Shown piece by piece: positions 8,950 to 16,907 of a stretch of 52,776 nucleotides of DNA; the stretch's first letter is position 1, and every line of letters begins with the position of its first letter. The notes below the pieces were generated by a model, which saw only the letters and a program-made list of their open reading frames with translations, was not told the origin of the DNA and did no database searches. The position numbers and the translations under genes are program-made. This stretch comes from a virus. Its lineage: Duplodnaviria; Caudoviricetes. Location of the stretch: positions 1 to 52,776 of the IMG/VR virus record IMGVR_UViG_3300017751_000024; one strand, given 5' to 3'.

Positions 8950-9501
8950 CTAACCGTAGTATTCTTCTATCTCTTCTTCAGTAGCCTCACGTTCCCAGGC
9001 ATACTCACCTATCTTAAAAAGCTTTGATACCTTTTCGATATCTAACCCATGGTCAACACTTCTTTCCAGGTAATATATTAAGCCATCTGGGTCAAGATAT
9101 TGCCCTTCACCCCAACTCATACCCCAGGTACTATATTCTGGTTCACTCACGGCCTTAAAGGGGTCATCCATGAAATGCTTTTTAGATTCATAAGGACATA
9201 TACTGCTCGCAACAATATCGTCCATGTTGCCAGTATATTTATCATAGCTATGAGAAAATGAGAACATCTCCTCAATCAAATCAGCTACGTATTCTGTGAT
9301 TGTATAATTGGTCATGTTAAAGGTTGCAACATTTCCCTCGCTTATACTATGCTTAGTAAGATAATTATTATCTTCCTCACATTCAATCCAATACCTACAT
9401 TCCATTAGTCCTAAAGAAATAGCCCATACTTTAAGGATAATATTTCTTTCATCTACTGGGCGGTCACTCCAGATTTCGTTATTAGTTTTCTTTGTTGTCA
9501 T
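8950..9501 (-). CDS. Hypothetical early protein (183 aa)
   Basis: Start revised to ATG 9501 after a GGAGA SD. Confidence 0.75.
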   Translation of the reverse strand: MTTKKTNNEIWSDRPVDERNIILKVWAISLGLMECRYWIECEEDNNYLTKHSISEGNVATFNMTNYTITEYVADLIEEMFSFSHSYDKYTGNMDDIVASSICPYESKKHFMDDPFKAVSEPEYSTWGMSWGEGQYLDPDGLIYYLERSVDHGLDIEKVSKLFKIGEYAWEREATEEEIEEYYG

Positions 9502-9533
9502 ATATTTATTCTCCAATAGTTATATATACTTTT

Positions 9534-9563
9534 AGTTTAATATGAAAGTAAAAGAAAAGTCAA
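9534..9563 (-). promoter_or_regulatory. Sigma70-type early promoter
   Basis: TTGACT-N18-TAAACT directly downstream of a terminator. Confidence 0.65.
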
Positions 9564-9565
9564 GC

Positions 9566-9590
9566 AAAAAAAACCCCTCACTAAGAGGGG
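9566..9590 (-). terminator. Rho-independent terminator
   Basis: CCCCTC-TTAGT-GAGGGG followed by T8. Confidence 0.8.
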
Positions 9591-9609
9591 CTATTGATAA
9601 GGATTATAT

Positions 9610-9849
9610 CTAGTCTGGGAACTTCTGATTTAGTTGCCAAAGATTCATTACCTTTGCCACGTCATCGTGATTCAGTCCTAGGCTACGTCTCATAAATGTA
9701 AACGTTCTAGGGTCATCCTCTGGGACATCCTCTAAATAGTCATAGCATGTACCACCGTTGCTAAGCTCTTCCGTCTCTAAATTATTCCAGTTTATCTGCC
9801 TGGAACTTGTGATATTTTCATCATCTAAGTATTCTTTTGCTGTTCTCAT
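9610..9849 (-). CDS. Hypothetical early protein
   Basis: 79-aa ORF, AAGGAG SD. Confidence 0.7.
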   Translation of the reverse strand: MRTAKEYLDDENITSSRQINWNNLETEELSNGGTCYDYLEDVPEDDPRTFTFMRRSLGLNHDDVAKVMNLWQLNQKFPD

Positions 9850-9852
9850 TAT

Positions 9853-10095
9853 TTACTCTCCTTGCTGGGTTTTAGCTCGTTCTTGTGAAATCATAAGATT
9901 ATATAAAGACGTTTGCTCATCTCTTTTTTTTATTATTCTTTCTATCTGTCGCTCATACTTATCATTGATGCAATCAATAGCATCTAAATATTTTTGCACT
10001 CTTTTTGGATTATATGTCTCATTAGGATATGTATCATTAGGCTTGTGATGACCATGCTCATCCATTTTTGAGTCTAGTGTTGTTGTTGTTATCAT
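9853..10095 (-). CDS. Hypothetical early coiled-coil protein
   Basis: 80-aa ORF, AAGGAG SD. Confidence 0.7.
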   Translation of the reverse strand: MITTTTLDSKMDEHGHHKPNDTYPNETYNPKRVQKYLDAIDCINDKYERQIERIIKKRDEQTSLYNLMISQERAKTQQGE

Positions 10096-10121
10096 ATATT
10101 GGTTCTCCTTTTAGTTAATAT
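10092..10121 (-). repeat. Repeated early-gene leader/SD, copy 1
   Basis: 29/30 identical to 10741-10770 (ATATTAACTAAAAGGAGAAYCAATATATGA on the minus strand). Confidence 0.85.
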
Positions 10122-10129
10122 GAAACTAT

Positions 10130-10159
10130 AAAATAACAGACCGTCAAACAATTAGTCAA
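10130..10159 (-). promoter_or_regulatory. Sigma70-type early promoter
   Basis: TTGACT-N18-TATTTT with TGn extension. Confidence 0.55.
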
Positions 10160-10336
10160 GGCATCTATAAAAAATATATACTTTTTTTCATTTAGGGGTT
10201 GACTTTCACAGAATCCATTCTTTTATGTGGTGGTATACCGTAGCTTTACTTCAAGTAAAAATTCAATAAGCGAGCTTAGAGAGAGTCCGATAAATTCTAG
10301 TTATGTTATATTATAAGTCGTCTTTATATTATAAAA

Positions 10337-10350
10337 AGTAAGTGCTTACT
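10337..10350. promoter_or_regulatory. Palindromic protein-binding site (SlmA-site-like)
   Basis: AGTAAG-TG-CTTACT in intergenic DNA. Confidence 0.4.
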
Positions 10351-10364
10351 AACTTATTACAGAC

Positions 10365-10391
10365 AAAAAAATCCCCAGCATTTGCCAGGGT
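10365..10391 (-). terminator. Rho-independent terminator
   Basis: CCCTGGC-AAAT-GCTGGGG followed by A and T7. Confidence 0.7.
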
Positions 10392-10414
10392 CTTTTTAGG
10401 GGGTCAGTCTTTAT

Positions 10415-10744
10415 TTAATAGCCATATCCAGCGTAGTGATTATCTGGATTAAGCTGTTGAAATTTTATCTGGCCTTCTTTGATTCTCTTTTTAGTCTCTT
10501 GAGTATCTAAGCCAGTAAAATTATTTCTATGTCTGCTGGTTGTCCTGGAGTAGTTCCAGTAGTCAGCATCAAAGACCAGCCCCCCTTCTGTATAACCAGC
10601 AACTATTGTGCCGTAGCTCTGGAAAAAAGTCCCCTCAGCCGTAGTTATAACGAACTGATTTGCTACCTTGTTGCCGTTGCTATTGGTCAAGCTTTTAACC
10701 TTTAAACCTTCGGCACTTACTGGGTTTTTACTTTCATTCTTCAT
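10415..10744 (-). CDS. First early gene, conserved phage hypothetical protein
   Basis: 109 aa with FQSY..IVA...YSRTTSRH pattern; has its own promoter, SD and terminator. Confidence 0.75.
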   Translation of the reverse strand: MKNESKNPVSAEGLKVKSLTNSNGNKVANQFVITTAEGTFFQSYGTIVAGYTEGGLVFDADYWNYSRTTSRHRNNFTGLDTQETKKRIKEGQIKFQQLNPDNHYAGYGY

Positions 10745-10770
10745 ATATTGATTCTCCTTTTAGTTAATAT
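10741..10770 (-). repeat. Repeated early-gene leader/SD, copy 2
   Basis: 29/30 identical to 10092-10121. Confidence 0.85.
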
Positions 10771-10778
10771 ATAAGTAA

Positions 10779-10808
10779 AGTATAACATTGGTTTTATTTC
10801 AGTTGCAA
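10779..10808 (-). promoter_or_regulatory. Sigma70-type early promoter
   Basis: TTGCAA-N18-TATACT with TGn extension and an upstream T tract. Confidence 0.7.
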
Positions 10809-10825
10809 GTAAAAAAATAAATTCG

Positions 10826-11148
10826 CTACTTAACACCGCCCCAGGCTTATTAATATTTATATGCTGTAAAGCTTGCCAGGTTGCTAGGGAATAACTAACT
10901 AAGCCTATAAGAACTGGGGAGTTTTTGAAGTTCTTCTGGGGCTTCTCTGGTTCACGTCTCGGGTCTTTATAAGTTGTTATAGGTTGTTAACTTGTCAGAG
11001 CTTGCCAGGTTCTTTTGGTTTCTCTTGCTAGTCTTGAAAGTCTGTAAAGTCTTCAGAGTCTAAAGGGGGAGGGCAGGCTACCACCCCACCCTACCATGTA
11101 TATATGCTAGTGGTCGAATATTTTTAGAAACTTCTCGGTGTTAAGTAG
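10826..11148. repeat. Non-coding repeat region, probable packaging/terminus region
   Basis: 13-bp inverted repeat CTACTTAACACCG (10826-10838 / 11136-11148); 13-bp direct repeat AGCTTGCCAGGTT (10870, 10999); four 9-nt AGTCTnnnn units at 11030-11065; lies between the divergent arms next to terS. Confidence 0.55.
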
Positions 11149-11239
11149 GGCTAGAAATTCGCCCCTCCAACAGAGCATGAGGTGCTGTTGGTCGAGGGAG
11201 GCTGTATAGACTATATAGACCCCCCACGGACACATCCTC

Positions 11240-11268
11240 ATTATACAGTTGAGATAGTGGTTTGTCAA
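11240..11268 (-). promoter_or_regulatory. Consensus sigma70 promoter facing the non-coding region
   Basis: TTGACA-N17-TATAAT on the minus strand. Confidence 0.8.
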
Positions 11269-11286
11269 TAGATTTTTGATAAAAAC

Positions 11287-11314
11287 TTGACAAGCTTGAT
11301 AGTAGCCTTATAAT
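11287..11314 (+). promoter_or_regulatory. Consensus sigma70 promoter for terS and the structural arm
   Basis: TTGACA-N16-TATAAT, 7 nt before the terS ATG. Confidence 0.8.
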
Positions 11315-11321
11315 AATAGAC

Positions 11322-11738
11322 ATGAGTGCTTTAACAACCAGAAAGCTTACAGAAAAGCAAGAAAGTTTCTTGCAACATTTAGTAGATACCAAGGGTAACT
11401 TAAAGCTCTCAGCCGAACTCGCAGGTTACTCAGGCAATCATTATCAAGTAATTAATAGTCTTAAAGAGGAAATAATTGATTTGGCCTCGAATGTACTTGC
11501 AAGGGAAGCACCTTCAGCAGCTTTCAAGCTTGTAGAGATTATGCATAGTGACGAGGCCGTTCCTCAAGCTAATGTAAAACTACAGGCAGCACAGACTTTG
11601 TTGGATAGAGTAGGTGTTATAAAGAAAGAGAAGCTTGACATTAATCACAATGTCACAGGGGGAATTTTTATTCTTCCACAAAAAGAAACCATAGACTTAT
11701 CAGCAGATGATGGCGAATATACAGAAGTCGATGGATGA
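11322..11738 (+). CDS. terS: Terminase small subunit
   Basis: LTEKQESFL...SAELAGYS HTH, LQAAQTLLDRVG, GGIFILP; first gene of the packaging arm. Confidence 0.8.
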   Translation: MSALTTRKLTEKQESFLQHLVDTKGNLKLSAELAGYSGNHYQVINSLKEEIIDLASNVLAREAPSAAFKLVEIMHSDEAVPQANVKLQAAQTLLDRVGVIKKEKLDINHNVTGGIFILPQKETIDLSADDGEYTEVDG

Positions 11739-11907
11739 AAGAGTTTATGCAACTGAGTTCTTAGATGATGACTCTAGAATTGTTCTAGGCCCATTTATAA
11801 AAACCAGTTCATATAAAGAAGCACAGAGCTTAGCAGAATACTACGGTCTTATTATCGTAGGAGAAGTATCAGACTTTGTGCCTAAGAAAGAGGTAACATT
11901 ACACTAA
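11713..11907 (+). CDS. Hypothetical protein (start uncertain, possibly ATG 11731)
   Basis: ORF between terS and the basic-protein cluster; stop coupled to the next ATG. Confidence 0.55.
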   Translation, partial: ANIQKSMDERVYATEFLDDDSRIVLGPFIKTSSYKEAQSLAEYYGLIIVGEVSDFVPKKEVTLH

Positions 11908-12095
11908 TGCCAGCAAAGAAAAAAGCTAAATCAAAAGTAAACGCAGCAGGAAACTACACTAAACCAACTCTAAGAAAACGGATTTTCAACCGTATTAAAG
12001 CTGGTGGTAAGGGTGGTAATCCAGGACAATGGTCAGCTCGTAAAGCTCAGATGCTAGCCAAAGCCTACAAGAAAGCAGGTGGAGGTTATAAGTAA
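11907..12095 (+). CDS. Small Lys-rich protein
   Basis: GQWSARKAQ...YKKAGGGYK, a common phage motif; GAGG SD. Confidence 0.75.
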   Translation: MPAKKKAKSKVNAAGNYTKPTLRKRIFNRIKAGGKGGNPGQWSARKAQMLAKAYKKAGGGYK

Positions 12096-12328
12096 TGAAG
12101 AAGTCTCAACTATCTTTAAAGAAGTGGGGGCAACAGAAGTGGAGAACTTCAGATGGCAGTCCAAGTAAAGGTAAGAAAAGATATTTACCTGATGCAGCTT
12201 GGAAGGCTTTAAGTGCTTCAGAAAAGAGAGCAACTAATAAAGCTAAAGCAGAAGGTAATAAAAAAGGTAAGCAATTTGTTAAACAACCTAAAAAGATTGC
12301 TAAGAAAACTAGAGCATACAGGAAATAA
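12095..12328 (+). CDS. Small Lys-rich protein
   Basis: SLKKW..QKWRT...RYLP..AW; coupled. Confidence 0.75.
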   Translation: MKKSQLSLKKWGQQKWRTSDGSPSKGKKRYLPDAAWKALSASEKRATNKAKAEGNKKGKQFVKQPKKIAKKTRAYRK

Positions 12329-12594
12329 TGGCTAAGAAAAAAGACCCTAGGCTAGCAAGAGCAGGTGTATCAGGTTATAATAAACCTAAAAGGACACCTG
12401 GTCATAGAACAAAGTCACATGTAGTTGTTGCAAAGCAAGGTGAACAAGTAAAGACTATTCGTTTTGGACAGCAAGGTAAAACTGGTGATAGAACTATGAC
12501 AAAAAGAGCTAAGTCATTCAAGGCTAGACATGCTAAAAACATTAAGAAAGGAAAAATGTCAGCAGCATATTGGGCTAATAAGGTGAAATGGTAA
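12328..12594 (+). CDS. Small Lys-rich protein
   Basis: KTIRFGQQG...FKARH...SAAYWANKVKW; coupled. Confidence 0.75.
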   Translation: MAKKKDPRLARAGVSGYNKPKRTPGHRTKSHVVVAKQGEQVKTIRFGQQGKTGDRTMTKRAKSFKARHAKNIKKGKMSAAYWANKVKW

Positions 12595-12595
12595 G

Positions 12596-12775
12596 ATGCC
12601 ACAGATTGGTAGCGATGATAGTAAAAACTCCGTCCCTTTAAGACGTAGTATGTATAGAAATCCAGCAGGTAAAGGTGCAAAACCTAGGCCTAGAGAAATT
12701 TCTAAAGAACAATACGAAGAAAATTGGGACAGAATATTTAAAAAAACTAAGAATCAAACCAAGGAGCAGTCCTGA
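12596..12775 (+). CDS. Small basic hypothetical protein (59 aa)
   Basis: Not in track. MPQIGSDD...GKGAKPRP...YEENWDRIF; AAGGTG SD. Confidence 0.65.
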   Translation: MPQIGSDDSKNSVPLRRSMYRNPAGKGAKPRPREISKEQYEENWDRIFKKTKNQTKEQS

Positions 12776-12854
12776 GTTATGCCTAAGACCTTTTTAGAAT
12801 ATAAAAATCATTATTTCATCTAGGTAATGTCTTCTAAAAGGGCAGCTTTTAATT

Positions 12855-14750
12855 ATGTCTAGTATTCCTACTAACTACATTAAGAAAAAATCAGCAACCA
12901 TTCCGTTTGGTTACGAAGTTAGTGAAGTCAAGGGCTATCTAAAGCCTATTCCAGAGCAACTGAAGGCTCTCAACAAATATCTCAAAAGTATTTACAACAA
13001 AGCCTACTCATTACGTGAGGCAGCTACGCTATTGTCCGAAGAAACTGGTAGGAAGATTAGCCATGTAGCATTAAAGAAAAATTTAGAAAAAGATTTATGG
13101 GAAATCTTCCCAGAAGACTACGAAACTAACAAAGATGGCTCGTTTGTTTTGACTGAAGCAGGTAATCCTAAGAAAAAAACAGGAAGACCTAAAGGAGTTA
13201 CCTCTCAATACAACTATTCAGCAGAAGAAAAGAGAAAAATAAAAATAAGGCAACAGAAAGTTAAGCTACAAAAGGAGAAAAAGAAACTTGCCAAACAGGA
13301 GAAGAGACTTAAAACGGAAGAAGAAGTTATTGCAAAGGTTACGGAGAACACGGACTCTAAACTGGTCACAGAAGATGAACTTTCAGAAACAACAGACAGA
13401 CTTAGAGAAACAATAAAAGATAGTAAGGTTATATTCCATGCTAATGATGGGCCTCAAACAGATTTCTTAGCAGCAGGTGAAAAAGATGTGCTATATGGAG
13501 GAGCTGCTGGAGGTGGTAAGTCTTATGCTATGCTTGTTGACCCATTACGCTATGCACATAAGAAAGACCATAGAGCTTTAATACTTAGAAGGTCTATGCC
13601 AGAGCTAAGAGAACTAATAGATAAGTCCAGGGAACTATATCCACAAGCTTTTCCTGGTGCAAAGTTTAGAGAAGTAGAGAAGTTGTGGAATTTTCCTAGC
13701 GGTGCTAAGATAGAATTTGGTTTCCTTGAGCGAGATGCTGATGTTTACCGATATCAAGGTCAAGCTTATTCTTGGATTGGCTTTGATGAAATCACACATC
13801 TACCAACAGAGTTTAGTTGGAACTACCTTGCATCTCGTTTAAGAACCACAGACCCTACTATACAAACATATTTAAGATGTACTGCTAACCCTGGTGGTGT
13901 TGGCTCACAATGGGTAAAGAAAAGATATATAGAACCTTACGAGCCTAATAAAAGTTTTGAAGGTAAAGACGGACTAACAAGAAAGTTTATTCCTGCTAAG
14001 TTAGCTGATAACCCTTACTTAGCTAAAGATGGTGTTTATGAAAAGATGTTAGAATCTTTACCGCCTATACAAAGGAGACAGCTACTAGAAGGAAACTGGG
14101 ATGTAGCAGAAGGTGCAGCCTTTGTTGAGTTCGCACCTGAAGTACATATAGTAACTCCATTTGAGATACCATTACCCTGGGAAAGACTAAAAGGAATTGA
14201 CTATGGTTATGCATCTGAGTCTTGTTGTTTGTGGGGGACTGTAGACATAAATGACGGAACTCTTATAATATACCGTGAATTATACAGAAAAGGCTTGACA
14301 GGAGTCGATTTGGCATCTATAATAACAGATATGGAAATGGAAGACCCATTTTCTGTATCAGGTGTATTAGATACTGCTGCATGGGCGAAGACTGGTACAA
14401 CAGGCCCTACTGTAGGTGAATCTCTAGTTCGAGCTGGTCATAAGCTTAGACGAGCAGATAAGAACAGAGTACAGGGGAAAATACAAATACACGAATATCT
14501 CAAGGTTAGAGAAAGTGGAAGACCTAAGTTACAGATATTTAATACATGTCCTAACTTAATAAGAGAATTACAGTCTATACCTCTATCTAAAACAAATCCA
14601 GAAGATGTTGATACACATGCATCAGACCATGCATACGATGCGTTAAGGTATATGATAATGAGTCGACCAAGGATGGAAAGCTCATGGGACAGAATAAAAG
14701 GGATTAAAAGGGACTTATACCAACCTTTTGACTCTACTTTTGGTTATTAA
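12855..14750 (+). CDS. terL: Terminase large subunit with N-terminal HTH-like extension
   Basis: Walker A GGAAGGGKS, Walker B IGFDE, TANPGG, nuclease GIDYG...DHAYDALRY. Confidence 0.96.
   Translation: MSSIPTNYIKKKSATIPFGYEVSEVKGYLKPIPEQLKALNKYLKSIYNKAYSLREAATLLSEETGRKISHVALKKNLEKDLWEIFPEDYETNKDGSFVLTEAGNPKKKTGRPKGVTSQYNYSAEEKRKIKIRQQKVKLQKEKKKLAKQEKRLKTEEEVIAKVTENTDSKLVTEDELSETTDRLRETIKDSKVIFHANDGPQTDFLAAGEKDVLYGGAAGGGKSYAMLVDPLRYAHKKDHRALILRRSMPELRELIDKSRELYPQAFPGAKFREVEKLWNFPSGAKIEFGFLERDADVYRYQGQAYSWIGFDEITHLPTEFSWNYLASRLRTTDPTIQTYLRCTANPGGVGSQWVKKRYIEPYEPNKSFEGKDGLTRKFIPAKLADNPYLAKDGVYEKMLESLPPIQRRQLLEGNWDVAEGAAFVEFAPEVHIVTPFEIPLPWERLKGIDYGYASESCCLWGTVDINDGTLIIYRELYRKGLTGVDLASIITDMEMEDPFSVSGVLDTAAWAKTGTTGPTVGESLVRAGHKLRRADKNRVQGKIQIHEYLKVRESGRPKLQIFNTCPNLIRELQSIPLSKTNPEDVDTHASDHAYDALRYMIMSRPRMESSWDRIKGIKRDLYQPFDSTFGY
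14295..14323 (+). promoter_or_regulatory. Consensus sigma70 promoter internal to terL
   Basis: TTGACA-N17-TATAAT, exact consensus. Confidence 0.65.
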
Positions 14751-16907
14751 ATGGCAGACACAGACAACACAATTCTTAGTGCAGATAACATCTACATGGA
14801 AGTAGAAGGTGAGTCTGGTCAGCAATTAGAATTAGAAGATGACCAAAAATTAAATCTCGTAGGTATAATCAATTCTAGATTTGACTCTGCTGAAGATGCT
14901 AGAACATCTGACGAAACACGTTGGATTACAGCATTTGAAAATTACAGAGGTCTATACAAAAAGAACAAACGATTTAGAGAATCTGAAAAATCACGTGTCT
15001 TTGTTAAAATTACAAAAACTAAAGTCCTTGCTGCCTTTGGACAGTTAGTTGATGTTATTTTTGGGACAGGTAAGTTTCCTATTGGTATTAGTGAAACAAA
15101 GATTCCAGAAGGAGAGTTAGGTCAATCTCATCTTGATATTAACAATCCTCAACCTGGTATAGAAACCAGCGAACCTGAAATACCTGATGATATAGGAAAT
15201 CTTAAAGATAATCCTTATGACGTAGGTTATGAAGGTGATGGTAGAACATTAGGCCCAGGCTCTACCTTTATGAAAGGTGAAGTATCTAAGCCTATAGAAA
15301 ACCAAGTTCCTTTAAAAGAAGGAGCTATACCTATACCTAATATACCAGAGGTTAATCCAGCACAAGAATCTGCTAGGAGAATGGAACGTTTAGTCCATGA
15401 CCAAATAGAAGAATCTAATGGTTCTTCAGAGATTAGAAATGCTTTACTAGAATCAGCATTGCTAGGTACAGGTATAGTCAAAGGCCCATTTAATTTTAAT
15501 AAAAGATTAAACAAATGGACTAATACTCCTCAAGGAAGAGAATATAGTCCAATAGATGTGAGAGTACCTCGCATAGAGTTTGTAAGTTGTTGGGACTTTT
15601 ATCCTGACCCTTCAGCTACAGACATGGATGAATGTGAATACATCATTCATAGACACAGAATGAATCGTAGTCAACTAAGAGCATTACGAAACATGCCTTA
15701 CTTTGATGAAGATGCTATAAGAGATTGTCTAAGAATGGGGCCAAATTATGTAGATAGGGGATATGAAGCTCATTTAAGAGATGAGAACAATGCTTATGAC
15801 TCTCAAACTACATTTGAAGTATTAGAGTATTGGGGTATTATGGATGCTGAGTACGCTAAAGAAGCAGGCATTGATTTACCAGAAGACATAGACGAACTAG
15901 ATGAAGTTCAAATAAACGCATGGGTATGTGGCAATAAACTACTAAGAGCAGTAGTAAATCCATTTACACCATTTAGATTACCATACAATGCATTTCCGTA
16001 TGAACGTAACCCTTATAACTTTTTTGGTATAGGTGTTGCAGAAAATATGGATGACTCACAGCAGATTATGAACGGCCATGCAAGAATGGCTATTGATAAT
16101 TTAGCTTTAGCAGGTTCATTAGTTTTTGATGTTGATGAGTCTGCTCTTGTTGGAGGGCAAAGCATGGAAGTATATCCAGGTAAAGTATTCAGAAGACAAG
16201 CTGGAATGCCTGGACAATCAATATACGGATTAAAGTTTCCGAATACTGCACCTGAAAACATGATGATGTTTGATAGGTTTAGACAGTTAGCTGACGAACA
16301 AACAGGAATACCTAGTTATTCACACGGTCAAACAGGTGTTCAGAGTATGACAAGGACTGCTTCTGGTATGTCCATGTTGCTAGGAGCATCAAGTTTAAAT
16401 ATTAAAACTGTTATCAAGAACCTTGATGACTTTTTATTGAAACCTTTAGGAGAAGCTTACTATCAATGGAATATGCAATTCCATGAAGGTGACTTGGATA
16501 TAGAGGGAGATTTAGAAGTTAAGGCAACTGGTACTAATAGTTTAATGCAGAAAGAAGTTAGAAGTCAAAGACTTACTATGTTCTTACAAACTGCTCAGAA
16601 TCCAACTATTGCACCGTTTGTTAAAGTTTCTAAATTGGTTAGTGAACTTGCCTACAGCTTAGATTTAGACCCAGATGAAATTCTGAACGACCCTGAAGAA
16701 GCTGCAATCATGGCACAAATAATAGGAATGCAAAATGCTGGACAAAACGTTAGCGAAGAAACTGAATCCCCTGGTCAACCATCCCCAATGGGAGGGGTTC
16801 AGGGAGTACCTGGAACACCAGCAGGCCTTGATAGTCAAGGAACTGGTGGCGGCACAATCGGAACAGGTAATGTACCGACTCCAGGGGAAGATGAATTTGC
16901 TGGATAA
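14751..16907 (+). CDS. Portal protein
   Basis: 718 aa directly after terL; FYPDP, FFGIG and RTASGMSML motifs of podovirus portals. Confidence 0.92.
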   Translation: MADTDNTILSADNIYMEVEGESGQQLELEDDQKLNLVGIINSRFDSAEDARTSDETRWITAFENYRGLYKKNKRFRESEKSRVFVKITKTKVLAAFGQLVDVIFGTGKFPIGISETKIPEGELGQSHLDINNPQPGIETSEPEIPDDIGNLKDNPYDVGYEGDGRTLGPGSTFMKGEVSKPIENQVPLKEGAIPIPNIPEVNPAQESARRMERLVHDQIEESNGSSEIRNALLESALLGTGIVKGPFNFNKRLNKWTNTPQGREYSPIDVRVPRIEFVSCWDFYPDPSATDMDECEYIIHRHRMNRSQLRALRNMPYFDEDAIRDCLRMGPNYVDRGYEAHLRDENNAYDSQTTFEVLEYWGIMDAEYAKEAGIDLPEDIDELDEVQINAWVCGNKLLRAVVNPFTPFRLPYNAFPYERNPYNFFGIGVAENMDDSQQIMNGHARMAIDNLALAGSLVFDVDESALVGGQSMEVYPGKVFRRQAGMPGQSIYGLKFPNTAPENMMMFDRFRQLADEQTGIPSYSHGQTGVQSMTRTASGMSMLLGASSLNIKTVIKNLDDFLLKPLGEAYYQWNMQFHEGDLDIEGDLEVKATGTNSLMQKEVRSQRLTMFLQTAQNPTIAPFVKVSKLVSELAYSLDLDPDEILNDPEEAAIMAQIIGMQNAGQNVSEETESPGQPSPMGGVQGVPGTPAGLDSQGTGGGTIGTGNVPTPGEDEFAG

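Noticed and set aside
1597-10048. Plus-strand ORFs in the track across the replication/early arm
   Set aside because: Antisense shadows of well-supported minus-strand genes, with no SD or motifs.
12855-13100. Serine recombinase/integrase suggested by the IPFGY motif
   Set aside because: No catalytic resolvase domain; the segment is fused to the terminase ATPase, and there is no other lysogeny gene.
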